From assembly GCA_030248215.1 (NCBI GenBank), contig JASANG010004046.1, positions 310,001-374,000 of the forward strand: a stretch of DNA of 64,000 bases. Direction: 5' to 3'. Each line of letters starts with the position of its first letter. Positions within the stretch are counted from its first letter, which is position 1. This DNA comes from Enoplolaimus lenunculus (Eukaryota). Shown here in pieces: positions 51,811 through 63,244 of this stretch. Below the pieces are notes generated by a model, which searched no databases, was not told the DNA's origin, and was given only the letters and a program-made list of their open reading frames with translations. Position numbers and translations under genes: made by a program.

Positions 51811-52777
51811 CCTATTTTATGTTTGTTGCCAAAATTTTCTTAAATTTCGAACCTTTACATTGAGTGGTTAAAAATTACTCGTTGTTTAAATTTCAAAAAC
51901 CGTTCAGTGCAAAAGCTTTAAGCATTAATACGTCAAAGTGTAAAATTTAAAATTCGGTGCCTCAAATATGTAAATCTTTGGTTTCTTACATAAAAAATTA
52001 ACGTCTTACATTACGAAATTACGGACTTATTTGTCTTGTATATTTTTGTTTTCAAGAAAACGCTTCTCACGTTTCAAACATCATCTTTCAAAAACTGTTT
52101 TTGTAATGTTAAAAAATTTTGAATGTAAATAAATGACACTGAATAAAACGCTTTTCATGAGTTTGTCACATCTCTATTTTCTCATCGCTCCGTAAACGCT
52201 TTTGTCAATCGCGAAGAATGTTTTGAATTTTTGACTGTAGTCTTAAAACAGCGTTCTATTTGACATGACTCCTATGACATCTGCTTCAGAAATTTTTCAC
52301 CAAGCATTTTACAACGTTGTAAAAAAACAATGCGAATAAAAAACTTCTAGCTGACGCAGTCTGAAAACCTATATGTGAATTTTTTTAAAAATTTCAAGTC
52401 TGGAATTCAAACCGTTATATCGAGACTCAGACAGACATTTGCAATGAGTATAACTCAATACACCACTCCGAGTCGGCAAATCAGGGCACTGTACTTTGCG
52501 CCGTTTAATTACAAGAAGTTCCATTTTTACAGCTTTCGACTTAACTCTTCATGCCAATACGGGACATCATTTGCTGGTTTGGTGGGCTTAAGTACTCCTA
52601 GGGAAGCCCTGCTTGCGCCATAACTGAAAATTTTCGAAATGTATTCTAAAAACTCGGTCATCCTACATACTTATCTGGTGTCTGAGCCGTTGAAAGACAA
52701 TCTTGAGGCAGCGTTGTTGCAATTTTAGGGAATCTCACGCGGAAGATAACAGTTTCACAGCTGGAAATCATTATTAA

Positions 52778-53040
52778 CCCTTTCTCACACGAATATTTTC
52801 AATTTCATATGAGATGTAATTTCAAGGTAAAATTTGATCCTCAATCTCACGGTTGGACGCGTTTACGATGATCAAGGAGCTATAGAAGCCGGACGCTCGA
52901 GCTCGAGGTGGCTCTTACGTCTTGTTGAGGTTTTGCACTGCGTATATATGTTAGAATTGTTCAACACTACTCACAGTGTCTGTATTCATTGTATATTGTT
53001 TGTACTTAGTTGCTCATAGTATACTCTATGAGTGAAAGGG
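52778..53040 (-). mobile_element. piggyBac-type MITE, older copy
   Basis: TTAA|CCCTTTCTCAC ... GAGTGAAAGGG; 263 bp; reverse-complement similarity to the 57854 copy. Confidence 0.75.
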
Positions 53041-53549
53041 TTGTAAATAACTGAGAATGTATCTATTAAACGGATGCTTTGAAAATTTACCAATGATCTT
53101 TACAATTGTGAACTTTTAAAAATATTAATTATATCACAGCGCATATTACAAATTGTTGTACAAGGAGAAGCAATTATGTTAACTTATGTTCAACTCAAAA
53201 TTTATATAATTTGATTGCACACCCACAGATGACCGACCATATATTAATTATATGTCGCAAACATGAAAGTACAGTATAGTTTAGTGACAATTCAAAAATT
53301 TTGGTGCTATGTGTTTAGCAAATTTTGATGGAGATGGACACGAAACTGAATCCGCAAATAACGCAAAAAATAGCAATTAAAATGATGTTGAATTCGCTAA
53401 TTTTAAACAATTTTGTGAAGTGTTTTTAAGGAATTTGTTTGAAGAAACTTTTCGCGAAACCTCGGTACTTAATACTTCGGAAATTGTATTGATGTTAATA
53501 CTAATCTCATTTAAACACGATAAACTTTTAAAAATGTAATGGAAACTTC

Positions 53550-54132
53550 GGCCAATGCATAGAGCAAAGCAGTAGGATAAGGCATGTTCATTATGCTAAG
53601 CCTGAGAATAAGCCTAAGCGTAAGAATAAGCTTCTATCTGAGCCCAGACCTGAGTATGCAAAAACTTAGGATGCGTTATAACTTACTGAGCCGGACGCCG
53701 GCGCGCGCCGCCGTACTCCAGCGTACGACGGCTTGCGGTTGATAAAAAGTTTTACAGCGAAAGCACCCGGCGGCGCATGGCAAATTTTTTATTGTAAAAA
53801 ACCTTATTCCGTTCTCACATTGAGTTGCCTGTATGCAACTCAGCGCAGTGTATATACGTTAAATAGTATATATCGCACCGTGTTTAACAATTGCAACACG
53901 TATACATAGTACTAAATCACCACAAGACGTGAGAGCCCCCTCGTGCTCGAGCGTCAAGCTCCTATAGCTGAGTGGTGATGGTATACGCCTCCCACTCCAG
54001 TTACTGGAGTTCGAATCCTAGCATAAAAGTAAGTCTCAGGGGAAATAGAAAATATTCATGTGAGAAAGGGTTACACATACTCTATTGCATAGTCCCGCAA
54101 ACAACGTTACGACCCTGATCTTTATATGAGCC
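53550..54132 (-). mobile_element. TTAGGC-containing MITE split by nested insertions
   Basis: GGCCAATG start and GCCTAA array to ~53665; the remainder (..CCCGCA..CGTTACGACCCTGATCTTTATATGAGCC) resumes after 54075. Confidence 0.65.
53809..54070 (+). mobile_element. piggyBac-type MITE
   Basis: Near-identical interior to the 57854 copy; ends ATGTGAGAAAGGG|TTAC. Confidence 0.85.
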
Positions 54133-55952
54133 AACATTTCTGTAGACAATACTGCATCTAATGGGTATAAAAGGAATCTATTCCTCGAAATTCTTGAAGG
54201 TCACGGTACTCCTTTTCGTAATGAAATTTTGCAACTCCCCTGATATAATCTCATTTATTAATATAGCTTTTCTAAGAAACAATAGCAACATAAACATATG
54301 AGCCAAACTGTACAACCATATGCGACACAACACTTCTAAGTTATACAATGAAATACGTTTCCTAGAAATGAGATAATTTTAGAAACGAAAACTAACTAAA
54401 TTGTGTTTTAGATTGCCAAAATCTACATAGTAATAGACGGTACAGAGTTCACTTCCTGTAGAATTGAAGTAAAACTCCTTAAAAGCGGGTCGTGGTGTGA
54501 AGTAAAGAAAAATAGAAAATAATTTGCTTGCATAAAACCAATCCGCGATTCTTATGCATACAGCTGTGTAGTCATTGGCTTATGTTAATCATGAGGCCTA
54601 CCTACTTGGATACACGGTAACTCAATGATTAATATAGACTGGCACGCTCAAGCATAGGAATTGTATCAGACATTTATTTAACCTTGCGAATGGGCTAGGT
54701 TTAGGCTTAGGTTTAAGCTCAGGTTTAGTGTACAGGCGTCTGTAACATGAAATGAGACTAAAATAAACTAAATTGACTTCATTAACAAAAATATAATTTT
54801 TTTATAAAGAATGACTTGGCCAAATTTTCATTACACAAATTTCGTTAGGCAATACGAGGCACTGCGTGAAACAATTCAAGGTTTGCTTACCGACAACCAA
54901 CATGATAAACAGTTTAAAAGTTAAGTTCGGATGCCGCCTATACTTGGTCTTTGCGATCCATCACGCATTACATAGAGTAATGGATTGAAACTGTGAAGTA
55001 CAACCGAATACCGATATTAATGCAAGTGTCGCAGTTGACCGCTAAACTTCGAGAATTCTGTGATCCAGCTGCTTCCACTGGCGGATCCAAAAGGGGGCGG
55101 TATAGTCACCTGTGCTGGCGGCTCGCCACGCTGACAAAATGGTGTACCGTGGTGGCTGCCCGCCACACCCGGTTCGGCGTGACTCTCTATTGAGCCCTGC
55201 TTCTCAGGAATAAAGGACGGGCAGTGTACGAAAGATCGTGGCTGTCGCGCGCAGTCGCTGTGTCTGGCAGATGGAGCGCGCATGAGCTCTCTATCCCCTG
55301 ACACCCTGGTTCTATGTACATAACTTTACCAGGCTCAACCCAAATCGCCTTAGGCAATCACCTGAGCCACAGCTTATACAGTCTCAGTCGCTAACTTCAC
55401 AAACTTCAGTTTCAGCTCCAGAAACACTTCACTGAAATTTAGCTGAAAAATATGCTTCGCGCTAAAATTTCAGCACTGTTAAACATCAATTTCGGCAACG
55501 CTGTCGAATCTAATTAAAATCGAAAATTGTGATCAGCTGAATTTGGCAGGCGTACGTCGTTCAGGCACACAACTAAGACGTAGTCGCCCCCTATGCACTG
55601 CTGCTGCACGTATCATTCGTCAATGCTAAAGACTTCAGGAAACGTTGGCTCTGTTCGGAACAAATAGAAATAAGCACCTATGCCATTTTAAAGAACTATG
55701 ATAGAATGATGTAATAATCAGCACTAGTCTTTTTGCAGCGCCCAAGGACAGTACAGACAGTCTGCTTAGAGTATCTCTAGTTTCATTGTGACACTGCACA
55801 TAGGGTCCATTGTTGTACTTTGTTTTAGCAGAAGCTATGAACGAAAAAATTCAAAATTTTTTCACAACCATGCATAAACCTCAAATAGTTATACGGATGC
55901 TGCAGCGAGAGTTTGCCTTTATGTCAGTAGTCCACATCTAACGACTGCTTTG

Positions 55953-56025
55953 TCCTCTACTCGTTTCGAACACTCTTACAATAAAACCGACAGTCTAAGT
56001 TTACAGTGTGTTCTCATCAGGAATA
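55953..56025 (-). ncRNA. Minimal type-I hammerhead ribozyme-like motif
   Basis: Minus strand: TATTC CTGATGA GAACAC-(34 nt)-GTGTTC GAAA CGAG TA GAGGA. Confidence 0.5.
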
Positions 56026-56452
56026 GTTTTATAGGACCATCTTTGACACTAGTTCTAAGGTGATAGATGAACCATTTTTTACTAGTACGAGCGTATTATC
56101 ACGTTGAAACTCGAAACCGGAGCCATCGGTCTCAAATGTGGAAAGAAGTGTCAAGAACCTAATATTTACTATGCTGCTGTTTTCAGTAATGGCGACGAAT
56201 TTTGCTCAGCCTCGAAGAAGTACAAAACGTTTCAAAACTAACAGTTCAGACCGTCTGTTTTAATTTAAAATTCTCCAGCATGCTATAGACCTCTTCAAAC
56301 CGCCTTTATCACAGAGCTGTTATCGGACGACCTTTTGCCAAGACGATCTTTTTCCACAGATCGTTTGGCTAACGGTATTCTGGCCTGTCCACCAAGAAAA
56401 AGTGGTCGAGTCATGGCCGGGCCGGCTGCACCGCTGAAGACGGCATTGCATT

Positions 56453-56612
56453 CGGGCCTGTAGCCAGCTCACCTGCTGGGGAGCTAAAAATTTTTTAAGA
56501 GGCACATACAAGGGTTTCCGATTTTTAACAAGCGAAGTTGAAACTTTTATAAGGAGCCCAGAATTTTTGTACTGGGGCTGAGCGCCCTTGGCCTCATCTA
56601 GCAACGGGCCCG
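56453..56612 (+). mobile_element. hAT-like MITE family 1
   Basis: CGGGCCTGTAGCCAG..CAACGGGCCCG with the shared interior. Confidence 0.7.
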
Positions 56613-57174
56613 TGTATTATGCTGTTTCAAGTAAATAATTCAAACATTCATACTTCACAAACATTTTGTTTATTCTTCACCGAATTTTAAGCAAATACCT
56701 GTATACATATTATTTTCAAAGCCAAAACTTGAATACACTTGCAGTGTTGTATTTAAAAACTCGATAGCAACAAATATCGCGCAAAGTATGCCGACCTGTA
56801 TACCGCGGACCAAATTAATAACTCACCAATCGACCAATTGTGCTATAACTGCGTTTTAACAATTATGCAATAGCAATTATCGGTTCAGTGCTGCAGCGTT
56901 GGTTCTTGTATATATTTCACTGGCATTGACGGTTAAAGCTTATGCTAACGTTTAGGTTTAAGCTTAGGCTTCTTGGGTTGGGACATTAGCTTAGGCAAAT
57001 GCTTAGGCTAATGTTTTAGGTAAACGCTTAAGCTTGGGGTTTTGGCTTAAACACTTGTCCAGTCTTGTCCTAAACTGATTATGAAGGAAATGTGGTGAAG
57101 AGTGTACAAGAGCCACCCACAGCAGTAAGCGTTTGCAGTGTTGCAGTATTAAAACCTGAAAACTGGAACTTGAA

Positions 57175-57683
57175 ATGTCCAGGTCTGCGGCGAAACAGCT
57201 TCGATCTCAGCGTTCGGAAGCTTCCAAATCACTCCAGATTAGCTCATCCAGAGAAACTTTTGACTTGGATCAACTGTTGCATCGATTTACCGCCCAGGCG
57301 AGCGACTATCGTAACCCACCGTGTGTTCGAATTTCCGAATCTGAAATAATAGAACTATGCCGTCGGGTACGCCAAGCGTTTTTGCATCAACCGTCCTTGC
57401 TTATTCTAGAAGGTCCTGTCAAAGTCTGTGGCGACACTCACGGACAGTACGGCGACTTGTTGAGGTTGTTCAGTTTTGCCGGATTCCCACCAAGCGCCAA
57501 CTATTTGTTCCTGGGAGACTACGTTGACCGTGGGAAACAATCAATTGAGACTGTTTGTTTGTTGTTTTGCTACAAATTGAAATATCCAGACAACTTCTTT
57601 TTGCTTCGAGGCAACCATGAATGCTCACCGATTAATCGAATATATGGATTTTATGACGAATGCAAACGACGGTATAATGTCAG
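57175..57683 (+). CDS. PP1 exon 1
   Basis: MSRSAAK...GDTHGQ..GDYVDRG..RGNHE..RRYNV(R)|gtaaca; the start codon is not certain. Confidence 0.92.
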
Positions 57684-60600
57684 GTAACAAAATCCGGGAA
57701 CAGCTTTTTTAAATATTTGAAATACAGTGATTTATAATTTAAATACAGTAGGATTTAAAAACAGAATCTCTAAGCACACGTTTAGTAAAGTAGCAAAACT
57801 GTTTCTTCGCAGCCATATATACAGGACCCTTGAGGATGAAAGTACATTTTTAACCCCTTCTCACATTGAGTTCACTATAGGCAACTCAGCGCAGTGTATA
57901 TACGTTAAATAATATATATCGCACCGTGTTTAACAATTGCAACACGTATACATAGTACTAAATCTCCACAAGACGTGAGATCCCCCTCGGGCTCGAGCGT
58001 CAAGCTTCTATAGCTCAGGGGTGATGGTATACGCCTCCCACTCCAGTCACTGGAGTTCGAATCCTAGCATAAAAGTAGGTCTCAGGGGAAATAGAAAATA
58101 TTCATGTGAGAAAGGGTTAAGCGAAAAATTTTCAGTTTACTATCTATAACCCCTTCTCACATTGAGTTGCCTATAAGCAACTCAGCGTAGTGTATATACG
58201 TTAAATAATATATATCGCACCGTGTTTAACAATTGCAACACATATACATAGTACTAAATCACCACAAGACGTGAGATCCCCCTGGGGCTCGAGCGTCAAG
58301 CTCCTATAGCTCAGTGGTGATGGTATACGTCTCCCACTCCAGTCACTGGAGTTCGAATCCTAGCATAAAAGTAGGTCTCAGGGGAAATAGAAAATATTCA
58401 TGTGAGAAAGGGTTAATTGCACCAAATTGCACACTAAGTACAGTATCCAAAAGTGGGGGATGGGTGGTGGCATTTTTTGAACCCAAGCTTTGAGGTAAAG
58501 GGCAAAACGCAACGCACGCTGGGTATGTTTATTTCAACTTAGAATGTTCCCATTTAATACGCACTTTGATTTCAGAGTGAGATGCACACTCGGTAGTATG
58601 TACTATTTGTTAGAAAATCGGCCAGAAGTATGACGCCCGCAGCGATATATAAGCATATTTCTAATCCTAAAACGTAAACTTAACTTAAAGCCTCAGCGTA
58701 TAAATAAACATATTCCTAAGCTTAAGCCTAACGTAAACCTAATCAAAAAGCAATAGTCTAAAGCTTAGCCTTAACTCCCGGGAATAATGATCTGGCCCTC
58801 TCATCTATAGATGGGGTGGAAAATAGACCTAAGAAAAAACGAAATAGTTTTTGTAATTTTAACAGGGTTTGGAAGCGGTTTCAAGACACGTTCAATTGTA
58901 TGCCGCTCGCAGCGTTAATCAGCGAACGAATATTTTGCATGCACGGCGGCATATCACCAGATCTTAAATCGTGGGAACAGATCAAACGCATTCAGCGGCC
59001 AACTGAAATCCCTGATAACGGACTCATGTGCGATTTGCTGTGGGCTGATCCTGCTAAAGACACAACTGGTTGGACACCGAATATTCGCGGAGTATCGTAC
59101 ACATTTGGTACATATTTATACTTATGAATTCTGAAGATTTTCGACATTTTCTGCTTTTCATGTCTAAAAAAGCAATAAATTTAGCTGTCAAATATATACA
59201 ATCGTCGCCCCGAACCTTTTCATAAAGCCTATAATACTAAGGGCGGCGCTATACTTGTCGTGCGGCGCAGTCAGTCACCGTGCGTCACCGTCCGTAATCA
59301 TACGGTATCGTACGTGGGCGCCTGAACGAGTGACGCATGATGACAGACGGCGCCGTACGGGTGACACATGGTGACGAACGGACGATAACAAAAGTATAGC
59401 GTAACTTTTAAAAACAACCGACTGGACTGCGCCTGCCAATAAACTAACCCTAATACTCTAAAAGCCTAAGGATTGCGCTGTTGCTTGTACACTATTGTTA
59501 TTTTCGCCGCCGCGTTGCACCAAAATATTTCAACAAGACTAAAAGTACGGAAGCTTGTAATTCTGATCTTATGCTATCAGTGTAGGGGATAAACTGCGTC
59601 TTTTTGGTTATCCTCCTAACCAGCGTTTGCTCAAAAATGGATAGATGTTGAAGGTTTTTGCATATTTGAGCTCCTCATGTCCTTCTTTAATCGTTTCATT
59701 TCAAAATTTGTATTTTTGAAATTATACCGATTTTTAAGATTCCAAAGCTCATTGGAACCTAAAGATGGTTTTGTCTAAAAGTTAGACAAATTGAACAGCA
59801 TTCGACGCAGCTGGCGGAACTGTGTAGAATGGTGTTTACGGTTTTTACAATCAGATGCCTGGTTAACAAGTATATGGTGAAATAATTGATTGGTATATAA
59901 TTTGTGTAACTTTTTAACAAATCTTTTTTCGTTTGTAGAGACTGTTTAGCGGCTCCAGCGCTCTTTAAATACGGTAACACCGAACGTAGTCTAAGCATTA
60001 AAGGTAACAGTATCAATCGTGACAGTTTATTTCTTTCGTTAAAATACAACAGGTACCGATATTGTGAAAGAATTTTGTCAAAAAATGAATATTGATTTGA
60101 TTGCGCGAGCGCACCAAGTCGTCGAAGATGGATACGAATTTTTTGCCAACAGACATTTGGTGACAATATTTTCAGCACCAAACTATTGCGGTAAGCCCAC
60201 TGCAAATAAACCGCACTGCACTCAAAATAATATTTCTGATATTTAAGAAAAAATTTCTTACATTTGAGAAATGTGATTAGCAAGGTGCACTTGAAAAGTA
60301 TTTCTGTTATAACAGAAATGTTTTCAAAAAAAGTTTTGAAATAAAGTCTGAAAATAAACGTTTTCCAGTTATTTTTAGAAAAATTGTCTTAAATATCAGC
60401 AAAACTTTTCAGATTTGCCACAGAAAACACTTTTCTGAATAAATTCAGAAATACTCTTTTGTGTGTATGCAAAGAAGTTCGCATTATAACCTAGGCAACT
60501 CAGATCACGTTTTGTCATATCGTTGGGTAAAATCTTGCCTGCTTTAATCCATGTCTAATATTTTAAAAAAACCCATGTCTGTTATATACCATATTGAACG

Positions 60601-62770
60601 ATACAGCCGGAGGTCTGCCCCCAACTCCTTAAATGTAAGTCATTTAGCTGTGCGTATTTGACCTGTAACTGACCGACAGTTCTAGCATCCTAACATAGGT
60701 ATTGTCGGTATATGTGCACATAAGTGAATGTAAAGCAAATGTTGCCATGTCTGTAGGGATGCCTCTGGGTACGCGCTCTTGAGTTATGGTATTCTGCAAA
60801 ATTTGCCCGGTTATCGCGGAGCGATTCCGCTTTGGGTCACAGCTGCTGGCAGTTATTACATTTAAGACGCGGTGCGGACGTCTACCCCGTGGACGCTAGC
60901 AAGTGGCACGGGGTTAGGCGCTCCTCTAGCGTTTATTTCAGCAGCTGGAAATCTCAGATTCTGGGCATGAGCAGCCTGCGCAGTGCATGTGAACAGACAC
61001 CCAACTCATGTAAACCTCTTGCTACCCTAACTTAATTGTTCTTTCATACTGTTTCTTTCCCCCTCCGGTTCCGTGTTTATCTTGGTTTACTAGTTGCAAT
61101 GTTGTTGCTCTTGTTATTGTCGTTGTTTTTGTTTTTGTTGTTGTTGTTTTCACTCCGAATTCGAAAATTTTCGACCATAACTATCTGGCCGGTTTTCAGA
61201 AATTTATGCTAATTTTACAAAATTTAAGGAAGCTTATGCAATAAGCTTCTAATTATGCAAATTTGGTTTAGCCATCCGGCAGGGTATAAAAGCTGCTGCC
61301 GATTCTACAATTTAGGCATTCAGTTTGTTTTCGTGTTCAGGTTGCCAGTATGGCACATAAATTTGGCGGATGCCTTCTAAGCGTAATTTTCATGTCTTTG
61401 TTTTACAGTTTTCACTCGCCGATGTGGCCGGCTTCGAGCACAGAAGTCGGCTACGGAAAATTTTGTTTTGCGTTACATGTTTCTCGAGTACCGGTGGCCA
61501 GAGGCGTCGGCGGTACCGGGAAATATGATAAAAATTTAACGGGCTTAATATGTATTGGTACTTACAAAATTCTTCAGTAATAAAACTCAAAGGTTCAGTT
61601 CAAAATGTACTCTATTAAACTTTCCGGGAAGCTTCCGAAACTTTGTTGCAGTTGAACTACAAAGAGAGCTGTTTTACCCTTGTTTGTTACTTTTCTGTTG
61701 CTTTTGACGCGTCAATCCCCGCTGGACGGGGCTGTTTTTGTTGACTCTGACTCGGACTGGCTCGATTCGCGACCGAGCGAGTCCGAGTTAGAATATGTTG
61801 TTATTGTCCGGACTAGGGATGGATATTTTTCTTTTTCCTTTTTCCTTTTTCTTTTCCCGGCTAATTTTTGGGCCCCGAGTATTGAACGATTGTTGCGTAT
61901 AGTAAAAATTTCTACAGCCCTAAAATGGGCGGTGCGGGTCCCCGTTTTTCTTTTTCCTTTTTGACCAATTCCTTTTTACCAAGAATTTATTTTTCCCCGC
62001 ACTCCGAATTTTGCCTGCCCACCGGATGGACAATATAGTTTTGCCACGGTGGTCAGAAGTTTTAACCAGGGGCAGGAATGCGCAAGGATATGAGTCTCCT
62101 AGTCCCGAATTTTGTTTTATTGCAGTCCAGCCATGTATTTGGCTGGCCGGTTTTTAGTAGGTTAAAAATTTACTAATTTCTTAACCCAGAAATGGGTCCG
62201 GTGATGACGGATAAGGATTGGGAATGCAAGTGCACTCCAGACCTGGGCGCGGAAATCCTATCCCGAACACGGCTAAGCCAGCGTAGCTAAGCCGATTCTA
62301 CAAGTTTTGCCATCGCACAGTCATAAGATTGGGATCGCCAAGGATAGGTGGCTTATGCTTAGGTGCAGGGTCCCAACCTTATAACGTCTGTGCACATATA
62401 CCGGTATAAGAAGTTGTCGCAATGACCGCGTAGTGCAGTGATAGCATGCTTGGCTCGAGCGCAAGAGGGCCAAGGTTCGAATCCCGGCATGGTCATTAAC
62501 TTTGGGCAAAACTTCAAACAGGGGTCGTGCAGACCGTACAGTGCCAACAGGTATAATGTAAATTTCAAACCCAAAATATTTTGTTGATATATAAATTTAA
62601 ATTTTATTTCGCTCCCTATTTGTTGCAAGTAATTATTTTTAGCAACACATTCAGTATTTTTAGGTCAATTTGATAACGCAGGTGCAGTTATGAGCGTTAA
62701 TGCAGACTTAAAATGTTCATTTCAAATTTTGAAGCCCATGGATAGAAAACGAAAGCTGAGATTAGTATAG
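57175..62770 (+). CDS. Serine/threonine protein phosphatase PP1-type catalytic subunit, 331 aa, four exons
   Basis: Exons 57175-57683, 58866-59107, 60053-60190 and 62664-62770 join in frame (996 nt). PPP motifs [55 protein letters not shown]. Confidence 0.96.
57854..58116 (+). mobile_element. piggyBac-type MITE (263 bp) with internal tRNA-like A/B boxes
   Basis: TTAA|CCCCTTCTCACAT ... ATGTGAGAAAGGG|TTAA. Confidence 0.88.
58150..58412 (+). mobile_element. piggyBac-type MITE, second adjacent copy
   Basis: ATAA|CCCCTTCTCACAT ... ATGTGAGAAAGGG|TTAA; near-identical to 57854-58116. Confidence 0.88.
58620..58817 (-). mobile_element. TTAGGC-containing MITE (degenerate) in PP1 intron 1
   Basis: GCCTAA-like array; flanks agaaaatc / ggaaaata. 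Confidence 0.6.
58866..59107 (+). CDS. PP1 exon 2
   Basis: aacag|[34 protein letters not shown](G)|gtacat. Confidence 0.95.
60053..60190 (+). CDS. PP1 exon 3
   Basis: aacag|(G)[45 protein letters not shown]|gtaagc. Confidence 0.95.
62424..62495 (+). pseudogene. tRNA-derived repeat (tRNA pseudogene or SINE-like head)
   Basis: GACCGCGTAGTGCAGTG..GGTTCGAATCCC..CATGGTCA; imperfect stems; similarity to the 6850 copy extends beyond the tRNA part. Confidence 0.6.
62664..62770 (+). CDS. PP1 exon 4 (terminal)
   Basis: tttttag|(G)[34 protein letters not shown]. Confidence 0.93.
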
Positions 62771-63244
62771 CAAATGAACTTGTTTGACTTTCATCTAAAT
62801 TAAAGAGCATGAAAACTTTAAGAATGCTTTATTTAAATACAGTATATGGCAAGCGTCAAAAACTAAAAATTCAGAATCCTATCTTTTCATACGGAACACA
62901 TCGAAGATTTGTCATAGGTTTTGAAACAGGTGAACTTAAGCAATTAAACATGCATTCGCAAATGTAAAATACCACATAACGAAGAGAATTTGCCAAATAT
63001 GCTATACTAAATGCGAAATGACGAAAGTTGCAAGGCTATGTAATTTTTATGCTATTCAAATGTGTAGTTTTTTGCTATTTCTACAAATTTTCACGTACTT
63101 TTCTGTGTGCATTACACAGAACAGAATTCTGGCATATGAATAGGTGCTTTTGTATCATTGAAAAAGCACAATTGAACTTGTCTTTTACATAAACGGCCAA
63201 TGTGTAGAACAGGGACTTCTCACTTCCGTATGACAGCTAGGAAT

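Noticed and set aside
59759..60283. 174-aa minus-strand ORF
   Set aside because: Antisense to PP1 exon 3 and a repeat; no recognisable domain.
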